Assembly: GCA_036566745.1 (NCBI GenBank)
Contig: DATCVR010000339.1
Coordinates: forward strand, 2,580 to 66,579
Direction: 5' to 3'
Length of the DNA: 64,000 bases
From: Jiangellaceae bacterium
GTDB lineage: Bacteria; Actinomycetota; Actinomycetes; Jiangellales; Jiangellaceae
Below, one piece after another: positions 17,453-26,278 of the stretch (positions within the stretch are counted from its first letter, which is position 1; every line of letters begins with the position of its first letter). Both the position numbers and the translations under genes were made by a program. The notes beneath the pieces were generated by a model. The model was not told the DNA's origin. It saw nothing but the letters and a program-made list of their open reading frames with translations, and did no database searches.

Positions 17453-20400
17453 GTGCCGCACCACCCGCCCACGCCGCCCGTCGACCCCGCCGGTGCACCG
17501 AACGTGGTGGATCTCCGGGTCGAGCGTCTGGTGAACCCGCTCGGTGTGGGTGAGGCGCGTCCGCTGTTCGGCTGGCGCCTGGAGGCCGCTGGGCGGGACC
17601 GCAGGCAGACGGCCTACCGCATCAGGGTCACCACCGACGATGCCGCGCTGGCGGTGTGGGACTCCGGCCTGGTGCGGTCGAGCCGCTGCCACGACGTGCG
17701 CCATGACGGCCCTCCGCTGCGCTCGCGCACGCGGTACCAATGGTCGGTGCGGGTGTGGGACGAGTCGGCCCGGTCCTCGCCCTGGAGTGCTCCGGCCACC
17801 TTCGAGACCGCCCTGGCCGACGACCAGTGGCACGCCGCCGCCTGGATCGGCTCGTCCATCGAGCGTGACGCCCGGAGGCTGCCATCGCTCGACCCGACCT
17901 CGCAGTTCGGCGACATCTGCCGGGTGTGGGCGCCGGACGTCGACGGAGCGGTGCCGCGGGCGGCGGTGTTCGGCACCGTCGTGTCGCTGCCGGACGAGCC
18001 CGTGGCGGGTGCCGGCGCCGTCGTGGTGGGTGCCGGGCACGCCGAGCTCTGGGTGAACGACACGCTCGTCGACCTCGATGCCGGTGGCGTCGTCGACGGC
18101 GCGCTGGTGGCCGCCCTGGTGCCGGGCCCGAACCGCATCGTCGTGAGCGCCGCCACCGATCTGGGCGGACCGCCGGGGGTGCTGGCGCGCGTGGACGTCC
18201 GGCTGCGGTCGGGGGCGACGATGTCGGTCGGCACGGACGGGCGGTGGCGGTGTGGCGACACGCCGGCTGCGGTGTCGGCGCCGACGTCCGCGCTGGCGGT
18301 CGAGGTGGGCGCGCACGGCGATCCGCCGTGGGGGCGCGAGGTCATCACCCACCGGCCGAGCCCTTACCTGCGCCGCGAGATCGACCTGCCCGCGCCGGTC
18401 CGTCGTGCTCGGGCCCGCTCCACCGCCCTGGGCGCGTACGAGCTGCGGATCAACGGCCGTCGCGTAGGGGAGAGCCGGCTGAGCCCGGGCTGGACCGACT
18501 TCGCCACCCGTGTCGCGTATCAGACCCATGACGTGACCGACCTGTTCCAGCCGGGTGCGAACGCCGTCGGCGCGGTCCTCGCGGACGGCTGGTACGCCGG
18601 TCACCTCGCCGACTGGGGCCCCTTCCAGTACGGCGACCAGCGGCTGTTCCGGATGCGGATCGACCTCGAGCTCGAGGACGGCAGCCGGGTCGTCGTGGTC
18701 ACCGACCGGGACTGGCGCGTCGGCGACGGTGCCACGCGGTATGCCGACCTCCAGAACGGCGAGGTGGTCGACCTCCGGCTGGAGCCCACGCGGTGGGACT
18801 GCCCCGGCTTCGACGACACCGACTGGGCGGCGGCGCTGGTGGCCGAGCCGTCGCACGGGCGGCTGGAACCTGAGTCGGCTCCGCCCATCGTGGCCACTCA
18901 GGAGATCCCCGCCGAGACGGTCGTCACCCGGGCCGACGGCGCCCACGTCGTCGACTTCGGGCAGAACGTCGTGGGCTGGGTGCGCCTGCGGCTCGCCGGG
19001 GCGGCCGGTACCCGGGTCCTGGTCCGGCACGCCGAGGTGCTCGACGCCGGGCCAGGCTCCGGACTCACGACGTCCGGCGAGCGGCCGTTCCTCTACACGG
19101 AGAGTCTTCGGCACGCCCGCTGCACCGACGAGTACATCCTGGCCGGGGACCCGGACGGCGAGTTGGCCGAGCCGCGCTTCACCGTCCACGGGTTCCGCTA
19201 CTGCGAGGTGATCGGGTACGACCGCCCGCTCGCGCCCGGCGACATCACGGCGGTGGTCGCGCACGCCGACCTCGAACCCACCGGCACCTTCGAGTGCTCC
19301 GACGCCCGGCTGAACCGGCTCCACGCCAACATCGGCTGGAGCCAGCGCGGCAACTTCCTGGCCGTGCCCACCGACTGTCCCCAGCGGGACGAGCGCATGG
19401 GCTGGACCGGCGACGCCCAGGCCTTCGCGTCGACCGCGGCGTTCGGCTACGACGTGCGGGGATTCCTGCGCAAATGGCTCCAGGACGTGCGCGACGCCCA
19501 GTTCGCCGACGGCTCGGTGCCGCACGTCGCGCCCGACCTGTTCACCAAGGCCGGCGTCGCCCGAGGTGACGCGGGGGGAGCTGCCGGGTGGGGCGACGCG
19601 ATCGTCGTCGTGCCGGCTGAGCTGGCGCGGCTGTACGGCGACGACCGCGTCGTGGAGGAGAACCTGGAGGCGATCGGCGCCTGGCTGGAGTTCTGCCGCG
19701 GGTCCAGCGCCGGCGGCATCCGTCCGGACAGTGGGTTCGGCGACTGGCTGGCGGTCACGCACACCCCGCGGGACCTCGTGGCCACGGCGTTCTTCGCGCA
19801 CTCGGCGCGACTGGCGGCCGGGCTGGCAGCGCGGGTCGAGCGCCCCGATCTCGTCGCCCGGTGGTCGGCACTGCACGCCGAAGTGCGGGCGGCGTTCCGG
19901 GCGCGGTGGGTCCGGGGCGGCGGTGTGATCGTTCCCGGGACCCAGGCGGCCTACGTCCTGGCGCTGCACTTCGGGTTGTTCGACGACGCCGAGCGTGACC
20001 GGGCGGCGGCCCGGCTGGCCGCCGAGGTGCGAGCCCGCCATGACCACCTGACCACCGGCTTCCTGGCCACGCCGTACCTCCTGCCGGTGCTGTCGTCGCA
20101 CGGGTACGAGGACATCGCGTTCCGGCTGCTCGGCCAGGAGAGCTATCCGTCGTGGCTGTACCCGGTGGTCCACGGCTCGGCGACCACGATCTGGGAGCGG
20201 TGGGACTCCTGGAGCGACTCGCGTGGCTTCCAGGACCCGTCGATGACCTCGTTCAACCACTACGCCTACGGAGCGGTCGGGGAGTGGATGTATCGCACGC
20301 TCGGCGGCATCGAGATCCTGGAGGACGGGCCGCACACGCTGCGGGTCCGTCCTCGTCCCGGCGGCGGGGTGACGTGGGCTCGGGCGACGCTGCGCACGGT

Positions 20401-20635
20401 GATGGGTGACGTCTCGAGCGAGTGGCGGGTCGGCGAGGGCCGCTTCGAGCTGCGCGTCGGCGTGCCCGTGGGCGCGACGGCCGACGTCCGGCTCCCGACG
20501 TCGCGGCTGGACGACGTGCGCGAGTCCGGTGCGGTGGTGGCCGCCACCGCCACCGCCGCCGCCGCCGACGTCGGCGCCGAGGTCTCCGTGATCGTCGGCT
20601 CCGGCCGGTACGAGTTCACCGCACCCTGCGGCTGA
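17453..20635 (+). CDS. Alpha-L-rhamnosidase, GH78 (no signal peptide)
   Basis: GH78 N-terminal pattern (VERLVNPLGV...FGWRLEA...QTAYRIRV...WDSG) and the catalytic-domain motif FLAVPTDCPQRDERMGWTGDAQ. The GTG at 17453 follows AGGAG. The ORF-track start at 17417 lies inside the operator. Confidence 0.85.
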   Translation: MPHHPPTPPVDPAGAPNVVDLRVERLVNPLGVGEARPLFGWRLEAAGRDRRQTAYRIRVTTDDAALAVWDSGLVRSSRCHDVRHDGPPLRSRTRYQWSVRVWDESARSSPWSAPATFETALADDQWHAAAWIGSSIERDARRLPSLDPTSQFGDICRVWAPDVDGAVPRAAVFGTVVSLPDEPVAGAGAVVVGAGHAELWVNDTLVDLDAGGVVDGALVAALVPGPNRIVVSAATDLGGPPGVLARVDVRLRSGATMSVGTDGRWRCGDTPAAVSAPTSALAVEVGAHGDPPWGREVITHRPSPYLRREIDLPAPVRRARARSTALGAYELRINGRRVGESRLSPGWTDFATRVAYQTHDVTDLFQPGANAVGAVLADGWYAGHLADWGPFQYGDQRLFRMRIDLELEDGSRVVVVTDRDWRVGDGATRYADLQNGEVVDLRLEPTRWDCPGFDDTDWAAALVAEPSHGRLEPESAPPIVATQEIPAETVVTRADGAHVVDFGQNVVGWVRLRLAGAAGTRVLVRHAEVLDAGPGSGLTTSGERPFLYTESLRHARCTDEYILAGDPDGELAEPRFTVHGFRYCEVIGYDRPLAPGDITAVVAHADLEPTGTFECSDARLNRLHANIGWSQRGNFLAVPTDCPQRDERMGWTGDAQAFASTAAFGYDVRGFLRKWLQDVRDAQFADGSVPHVAPDLFTKAGVARGDAGGAAGWGDAIVVVPAELARLYGDDRVVEENLEAIGAWLEFCRGSSAGGIRPDSGFGDWLAVTHTPRDLVATAFFAHSARLAAGLAARVERPDLVARWSALHAEVRAAFRARWVRGGGVIVPGTQAAYVLALHFGLFDDAERDRAAARLAAEVRARHDHLTTGFLATPYLLPVLSSHGYEDIAFRLLGQESYPSWLYPVVHGSATTIWERWDSWSDSRGFQDPSMTSFNHYAYGAVGEWMYRTLGGIEILEDGPHTLRVRPRPGGGVTWARATLRTVMGDVSSEWRVGEGRFELRVGVPVGATADVRLPTSRLDDVRESGAVVAATATAAAADVGAEVSVIVGSGRYEFTAPCG

Positions 20636-20689
20636 GCGCGGCGGGCGCGGGCGCACGTGGCCGGTCCCGGCCGTGCGTGGTGGTCGTCC

Positions 20690-20743
20690 TTGACCGCCGA
20701 TCTCGGGCCGACCTAGCGTGATCCGGGATTGAAACGGATCATT
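20690..20743 (+). promoter_or_regulatory. Promoter (TTGACC-18-TAGCGT) plus operator ATTGAAACGGATCATT for the enolase-paralog operon
   Basis: -35 at 20690-20695, -10 at 20714-20719, operator at 20728-20743. Confidence 0.55.
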
Positions 20744-20789
20744 GCGCCTGCCCCCGCGCTCGCCGCGATCGCGCGCTGAGAGGACTCCT

Positions 20790-22025
20790 GTGACCACGAC
20801 TCCAGGCGATCGGATCGTCGCCGTCCGGGCCTATTTCGAAGATCAGCCCGACGCTCCGGCCGCCGAGGCCGCGGCCGAGCCCGGGAGCACCGACGCTGGC
20901 GTGAGCGAACCGGAGAAGCCTGCCCACTGGCTCCAGGGCAAGGTCGCGAACCCGATGACGAAGTACGCCGAGTTCCGCGACAACCGGCACGCCGCGATCG
21001 GCCCGAAGGCCAACCGCGGTGTGATCGTGGAGGTCGAGAGCGCCTCGGGACACCGCGGGTACGCGACGACGTCGGGCGGCCTGGCGGTGGCGGCGATCAT
21101 CGAGCAGCACCTCGAGTACCTGCTCGTCGGCGAGAGTGCCTACTCCCACAGCCGGCTGTGGGACCGGATGTTCTCGAGCACCCTGCTGTACGGGCGCAAG
21201 GGCATCGTCCTGCACGCCATCTCCGGCGTGGACCTCGCGATCTGGGACCTCCACGGCCGGATCAGCGGCCTCCCGGTCCACGCCCTCCTGGGCGGCAAGA
21301 TCCGCGACGCCGTGCGCGTCTACGCCACGGGCCCGGAGCCCGCCACGGCCCGTGACCTGGGATTCGCCGGCTCCAAGCTGCCGCTCACGTACGCACCCTG
21401 CGAGGGCGAGGCCGGCTTCCGGGCCAATGTCGAGATCGCCGCGAAGGCCCGCGAGTCGCTGCCCGACGACTTCCCGATCATGTACGACTGCTGGATGTCG
21501 CTCGACGTCGACTACGCCGCGCGGCTGGCCCACGCCGTCTCCGACCTGGGCTTCGCTTGGATCGAGGAGCCGCTGCCGCCGGACGACTACTCGGGGCTGC
21601 GCCGCCTGCGCGACAGGATGCCGCCGGACATGATGCTGACGACCGGCGAGCACGAGTACACGGCCAGGGGATTCCGGCTGCTGTGCGAGGCCGGCGTCGA
21701 CATCGTCCAGCCCGACCCTGCCTGGTGTGGTGGCCTGACGGAGCTGCTGCGCATCTCGGCGGTGGCCCAGACGTTCGGCGTCAAGGTGATCCCGCACGTC
21801 GGAGGCATGGCCGCCTACCACTTCGTCGCGACCCGCCCCGACGGCGACCTGGCCGAGTTCCCCGTGCTCTCCGCCGACGGCGGCACCGTGACCGGGCAGC
21901 ACGCGCCGCTGTTCACCGGCGAGGTGCTGCCGGTCGACGGGTGGATCACCCCGAACGACGAGCCGGGCTTCGGCCTCACGCTGAACCCGGACGCCGTCCT
22001 GCGGCGAGCAGTCCCGGAGGGCTGA
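20790..22025 (+). CDS. Enolase-superfamily dehydratase, divergent paralog of L-rhamnonate dehydratase
   Basis: Collinear with rhmD (YDCWMSLDV, WIEEP, TGEHE, VQPDPAWCGGLTE, IPHVGG). The N-terminal GGADYHDQ..HWIDDHIA block is replaced by a different, longer segment. GTG start at 20790 after GAGAGGA. Confidence 0.8.
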   Translation: MTTTPGDRIVAVRAYFEDQPDAPAAEAAAEPGSTDAGVSEPEKPAHWLQGKVANPMTKYAEFRDNRHAAIGPKANRGVIVEVESASGHRGYATTSGGLAVAAIIEQHLEYLLVGESAYSHSRLWDRMFSSTLLYGRKGIVLHAISGVDLAIWDLHGRISGLPVHALLGGKIRDAVRVYATGPEPATARDLGFAGSKLPLTYAPCEGEAGFRANVEIAAKARESLPDDFPIMYDCWMSLDVDYAARLAHAVSDLGFAWIEEPLPPDDYSGLRRLRDRMPPDMMLTTGEHEYTARGFRLLCEAGVDIVQPDPAWCGGLTELLRISAVAQTFGVKVIPHVGGMAAYHFVATRPDGDLAEFPVLSADGGTVTGQHAPLFTGEVLPVDGWITPNDEPGFGLTLNPDAVLRRAVPEG

Positions 22026-23083
22026 TGAGACGTCCCCGGATCGCCGTCGTCGGCACCGGATGGTGGGCCGCCGCGCATCACATCCCGTCGCTGGCCGGCT
22101 ACGACGGCGCCGACCTGGTGGCCTTGTGTGACCCCGAGCGGGCGCGGGCCGACGAGCTGGCAGCGCGGCACGCCGTACCGGCCGTGTACGCCGACCTCGA
22201 CCAGCTGCTGCACGCGGGTGGCGTGGACGCGGTCGTGATCGCCACGCCGCACTCGACGCACCACCGGCTGGCCCGGGCCGCCCTCGACGCCGGACTCCAC
22301 GTGCTGGTGGAGAAGACGATGACCACCACCGCCGCGGACGCCTTCGACCTGGTCGTGGCGGCGGAGAAGGCCGGGCTGCACCTCAGCGTCGGATACACCT
22401 ACCAGCACGCCGCCACGGCCGAGCTGGCCCGCGCCGCCGTTCAGCAGGAGATCGGTGACCTGGTGCAGGTCGTGGCCGAGTTCGCCTCCGGCACCGAGTC
22501 GTTGTTCGCGGCGGCCGGCTCCGGCGACGAGGGCGACGCGGTGGACGCCCCGCACCCGGTCACGTACTCCGCCCGGCTGGGTGGCGGCCAGGCGCACACC
22601 CAGCTCACCCACGTTCTGGGGATGGTCTGCTGGGCCACCGGCCGCGAGATCGCCGACGTCATGGCCTTCGTCGACCATCGTGGCCTGGAGGTCGACGTCG
22701 ACGACGTGGCGGCCTTCCGGTTCACCGGCGGTGGCACCGGCGTGGTGGCGTCCACGGGGGTGGCCGGCGAGGTCGGCGGGATCCGCCACCACGTGCGCTA
22801 CCTCGGTACCCGCGGCACGGTGGAGCAGGACATGTTGTCGGCGCGGGTCGTGGTCCGCCGGGCCGACGGAACCCACACCGTCCACGAGCCGGGCGACGAC
22901 GGCCGGTCCACCTATCGGGCAGGTCAGCCGGCCCGCGCGTTCGCCGACCTCGTGGCCGGACGCGGGCCGAACCGCTCGCCGGGCAGGCCGGCGGCGGCCG
23001 CGGTCGCGTGCATCGAGGCGGTGCTGGAGTCGGCTCGATCCGGTCGGGTCGCCTCCGTCGAGCAGCTTCCGCCCCAGACCTGA
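22025..23083 (+). CDS. Gfo/Idh/MocA-family NAD(P) oxidoreductase (candidate sugar 1-dehydrogenase)
   Basis: RIAVVGTGWWA Rossmann motif and VLVEKTMT (EKP-like). TGATG overlap with the upstream enolase gene. Confidence 0.8.
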   Translation: MRRPRIAVVGTGWWAAAHHIPSLAGYDGADLVALCDPERARADELAARHAVPAVYADLDQLLHAGGVDAVVIATPHSTHHRLARAALDAGLHVLVEKTMTTTAADAFDLVVAAEKAGLHLSVGYTYQHAATAELARAAVQQEIGDLVQVVAEFASGTESLFAAAGSGDEGDAVDAPHPVTYSARLGGGQAHTQLTHVLGMVCWATGREIADVMAFVDHRGLEVDVDDVAAFRFTGGGTGVVASTGVAGEVGGIRHHVRYLGTRGTVEQDMLSARVVVRRADGTHTVHEPGDDGRSTYRAGQPARAFADLVAGRGPNRSPGRPAAAAVACIEAVLESARSGRVASVEQLPPQT

Positions 23084-23090
23084 GCGCCGC

Positions 23091-26000
23091 TCACCAGGTC
23101 CGCCGCGCGGCACTCCAGCCGACCTCGCCGAGGTGGAACGCCACCGGGACGGCCGGGGCGTCCGCCTGGTAGAGGACGCTGTCCGTGGCGGCGACGTCGT
23201 GGCGGAACCGCACCCCGGCCTCGACGGCGACGACGTCGGCGCGGCCGGCCCAGTCGCCGAGACCCGCCGCCACCCGGTTCCAGCCCGCCGGCCAGACTCG
23301 CGCGTACCCCACCCGCTCGCCCGCGGTGGCGCTGTGCACGCGCAGGACCAGCTCGGGCCGCATCCCATGTGGCGTGGCCAGGCACAGGTCGACCATCGCG
23401 TAGCCGAACGTCGCCGTGGTCAGGTCGAGTGGCTCCGGGAAGTCGATCCGCAGCAGCTGGGGGACTTCGGCGCCGGTGTCGGTGCGACCCGTCGCCCGGA
23501 CGACCGGCCCGCCGAGCTGCGCGTGATGGACCGGCATGCAGACGATGCCCTCGGGCAGGACGTCGAGGGCGGCGAGGTCGACGGTCGGGGTGAGCGACCC
23601 TGCCTCGACCGCCGCGGCCAGCCAGCCGCCTCCGCCTCGGACGTCGGACGGCACCGGCGCCCGCGCGGGTGCCTGGAACGGCGGCGTCGGCGCAGGTGAC
23701 GATGCAGTCGGCGCGGGCCAGCCGGTCTCGGTGCGGTGGCGTCCGGATCCCAGCTCGACGTCGTCCGTGCCCGGCAGTCGCACCGTCGCCGACGAGCCGA
23801 CCGGCACCTCCACGTCGACGACCAGACGGTCGCCGACGCGCTGCCAGCCGGCCCGGACGGTGCCGCGCACCGTCTCGGTGACCGAGGCCGCCCGGCTCAC
23901 CCCGTCGACCGGCTGCGGAGCGACGACGAACGACCGGAACCCCGGTGCCGACGGCCGCACTCCGACCAGCGTCGTCCACACCCATCCGGCGAACGGTCCG
24001 CCGAGGCCGACGTGGTCGAGCGACCCCGTGCCGGTGTTGCGCGGGTCGATCCACCACGACTCCCAGAGCGTTCCCGGACCGTCGACCAGCATCGCGCCCA
24101 CACCGGGCTGGGCCGGCTGGTGGATCGCGTCGCTGATCGCCTGCGAGCGCCCCACACCGGCCAGCGCCCGCACGACCGTGCTGGTGGCGCCGAAGCCGGT
24201 GGTGATCCGGTTGCCCCGGGCGTGCATGACCTCGGCGACCCGCGCTCCGAGCAGCCGTGCCTCGGCGGGGGTGGCGAGGCCCGCGGCCATCGCCACGCCG
24301 GACGAGCCCTGTGAGCCGTTGCCCCAGGTGCCGCGCTCGGGGTCGTGGAACACCGCGCGCGCGGAGGCTCGCAGGGTGGCCGCCTGGCCTCGCCGGAGCT
24401 CGGCCGCCGGGTCGTCGCCCAGCGCGGCCTCGAGCTCGGCCAGGCTGTCGAGGGCGTCCAGCGCGGCTCCGGTGTGCAGGACCTCCGGCGGGGTCTGTTC
24501 GAGGCCGAGCCAGTCGTGGCCGTAGCTGATCGCGGCCCCGGACACGACGCCGTCGCGGACGAGTCCGAGCTGGTAGTCGGCCCAGCGCCGCAGGCTGTCG
24601 AGGTGGGCCTCGACCACGCTGCGGTCGCCATAGTGGTGCCAGTGGCCGAGCAGGACGCGTTGCAGCGCCGAGCCCCACACCGGGTCCGGCGGCGTCGCGT
24701 CCGGGCGCAGGCTGGGTGCGATGGCGGGGAGGGCGCCGTCGTCGCGCTGGCTCGTAGCGAGGTCGCCCAGCCACTTGCGGTAGAAGCCGGCCAGGTCGAG
24801 GTGGGCGAGCGCGAGGTCGGTGGTGGCCGCGGCGTCGCCGGTCCAGCCCGACTGCTCGCGGGTGGGGCAGTCCTCGGGGATGCCGTGGGCGTTGTTGAGC
24901 TGCGTCCGGGACGCCGCGGCCACGAGCCGTTCGAGCGTGGCGTCGTCACTGCTGAAGCCGGCCAGCCGGGGGAGATCGGAGTGCAGGACCAGCGCGTGGA
25001 CCTCGACCTCGGCGTCGTCGGGCAGCCCGATGACCTCGACGTAGCGGAAGCCGTGGAACGCGAACCACGCCTCGGCCTGCTCGCCCGGGCGCCCGGCGGC
25101 GGTGTACTCGACGGACTGGCGGTGCCGGCCGGTGTCGTAGGGCATCTTCAGGTTGGTGGTGTCCACGCCGCCGTCGGGGTGCAGCAGCTCGCCGTGGACC
25201 AGGGTGAGCGAGGTGCCCGGCGGCAGCGCGCTGTGCAGCGTGAGGCGGCTGCGTCCGGCGATGTTCTCGCCCGCGTCGAAGATCCGGCTCCCCGTGGTGG
25301 TCCGGCGGAGCTCCCGGGTGCCGAGCTCGGCGCCCACCCGGATCGGGGGCGCGGGATCGGGCTCGATCCGGCGCGGAAGCAGGGGCACCGGCTCGGTTCC
25401 CGTCGTCACGCCGGCCGGTCCGAGCACCGTCGCCGGTTCGCCGCCGGACGCGTCGGCGGCGTGCCGGCCGTCGTGGGCTTCGACGTAGAACGCCTCGTCG
25501 ACGACGACCTGGGACCGGCGGGTGCGCCAGCCCGTCCCGGTGCCGGCGCGATGCACCGAGCCGTCGGGCAGCACCGCGACGACCTCGGCGAGAACGCGCG
25601 GATCCAGCCCACTCGCCCGCCAGTGGCTCGCGCCCAGGACCAGCTCGAGGTCGTTCTGGCCCTCGCGCAGCAGATCCGTGACGTCGTAGGTGCGGCTGAG
25701 GGCGCGGACGGGATCGGTGCGCGACGGCTCGGCGGTGCCCGGATTCACCGCCACGCCGCCGATCGAGGCGCGGTACAGACCTTGTCCGGTGACGTGCAGG
25801 CGGGCCCGGATCGGCGCGCCGGGCAGGACGACGACCCCGGTCACGGCGCTGGTCGAGGGTGCGCCGAGCCACGACGCCGACCAGTCCGCCGCGCTGAACG
25901 GCCCGGTCTCGAGCGCCACCGGATCGGCCCAGGGCGACCACGCGTCGTGCTCGTCACACACCCGGACCGTCCACGCCCACCTGCCGTGTGCGGTCAGCTC

Positions 26001-26276
26001 GGCGTCCGGCCGGATCCAGGTCGACTCCGCGGACTCGACCCGGCCGGAACCCCAGGTCAGTTCGGCGCGAGGGCAGCCGCGCGGGTCGAGTCCGTCCGGC
26101 GCGACCCGGATCTCGTACGCGGTCTGGGCCTGTCCGTCGCGCCACAGGGGGACGACCCACGACAGGCGGGGGCGCGGCTCGATCGCGACGTCCACGAACC
26201 GGTCCGGCCGGGCGGGCTGATCCGCGGGCGGACGGTCGTCGACCCGCAACCGGATCGGCGCGGGACTCGACGACAT
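23091..26276 (-). CDS. Alpha-L-rhamnosidase, GH78, with an extra C-terminal module of about 210 aa (no signal peptide)
   Basis: QTAYEIRV...WGSG N-terminal pattern and GIPEDCPTREQSGWTGDAA. ORF trimmed to MSSSPAPIRL at 26276, 2 nt after the upstream stop. Confidence 0.85.
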   Translation of the reverse strand: MSSSPAPIRLRVDDRPPADQPARPDRFVDVAIEPRPRLSWVVPLWRDGQAQTAYEIRVAPDGLDPRGCPRAELTWGSGRVESAESTWIRPDAELTAHGRWAWTVRVCDEHDAWSPWADPVALETGPFSAADWSASWLGAPSTSAVTGVVVLPGAPIRARLHVTGQGLYRASIGGVAVNPGTAEPSRTDPVRALSRTYDVTDLLREGQNDLELVLGASHWRASGLDPRVLAEVVAVLPDGSVHRAGTGTGWRTRRSQVVVDEAFYVEAHDGRHAADASGGEPATVLGPAGVTTGTEPVPLLPRRIEPDPAPPIRVGAELGTRELRRTTTGSRIFDAGENIAGRSRLTLHSALPPGTSLTLVHGELLHPDGGVDTTNLKMPYDTGRHRQSVEYTAAGRPGEQAEAWFAFHGFRYVEVIGLPDDAEVEVHALVLHSDLPRLAGFSSDDATLERLVAAASRTQLNNAHGIPEDCPTREQSGWTGDAAATTDLALAHLDLAGFYRKWLGDLATSQRDDGALPAIAPSLRPDATPPDPVWGSALQRVLLGHWHHYGDRSVVEAHLDSLRRWADYQLGLVRDGVVSGAAISYGHDWLGLEQTPPEVLHTGAALDALDSLAELEAALGDDPAAELRRGQAATLRASARAVFHDPERGTWGNGSQGSSGVAMAAGLATPAEARLLGARVAEVMHARGNRITTGFGATSTVVRALAGVGRSQAISDAIHQPAQPGVGAMLVDGPGTLWESWWIDPRNTGTGSLDHVGLGGPFAGWVWTTLVGVRPSAPGFRSFVVAPQPVDGVSRAASVTETVRGTVRAGWQRVGDRLVVDVEVPVGSSATVRLPGTDDVELGSGRHRTETGWPAPTASSPAPTPPFQAPARAPVPSDVRGGGGWLAAAVEAGSLTPTVDLAALDVLPEGIVCMPVHHAQLGGPVVRATGRTDTGAEVPQLLRIDFPEPLDLTTATFGYAMVDLCLATPHGMRPELVLRVHSATAGERVGYARVWPAGWNRVAAGLGDWAGRADVVAVEAGVRFRHDVAATDSVLYQADAPAVPVAFHLGEVGWSAARRTW

Positions 26277-26278
26277 GC

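Noticed and set aside
17420-20797. A 1125-aa ORF antisense to GH78 gene 1. Similar long shadow ORFs occur at 29647-32751 (+), 22924-24774 (-), 50270-54103 (-), 51466-53718 (+) and 6779-8041 (-).
   Set aside because: Their translations are Arg/Pro/Gly/His-rich and low-complexity, with no recognisable motifs. They lie opposite or out of frame to ORFs with clear family signatures and the expected high third-position GC. These are typical high-GC artefacts.
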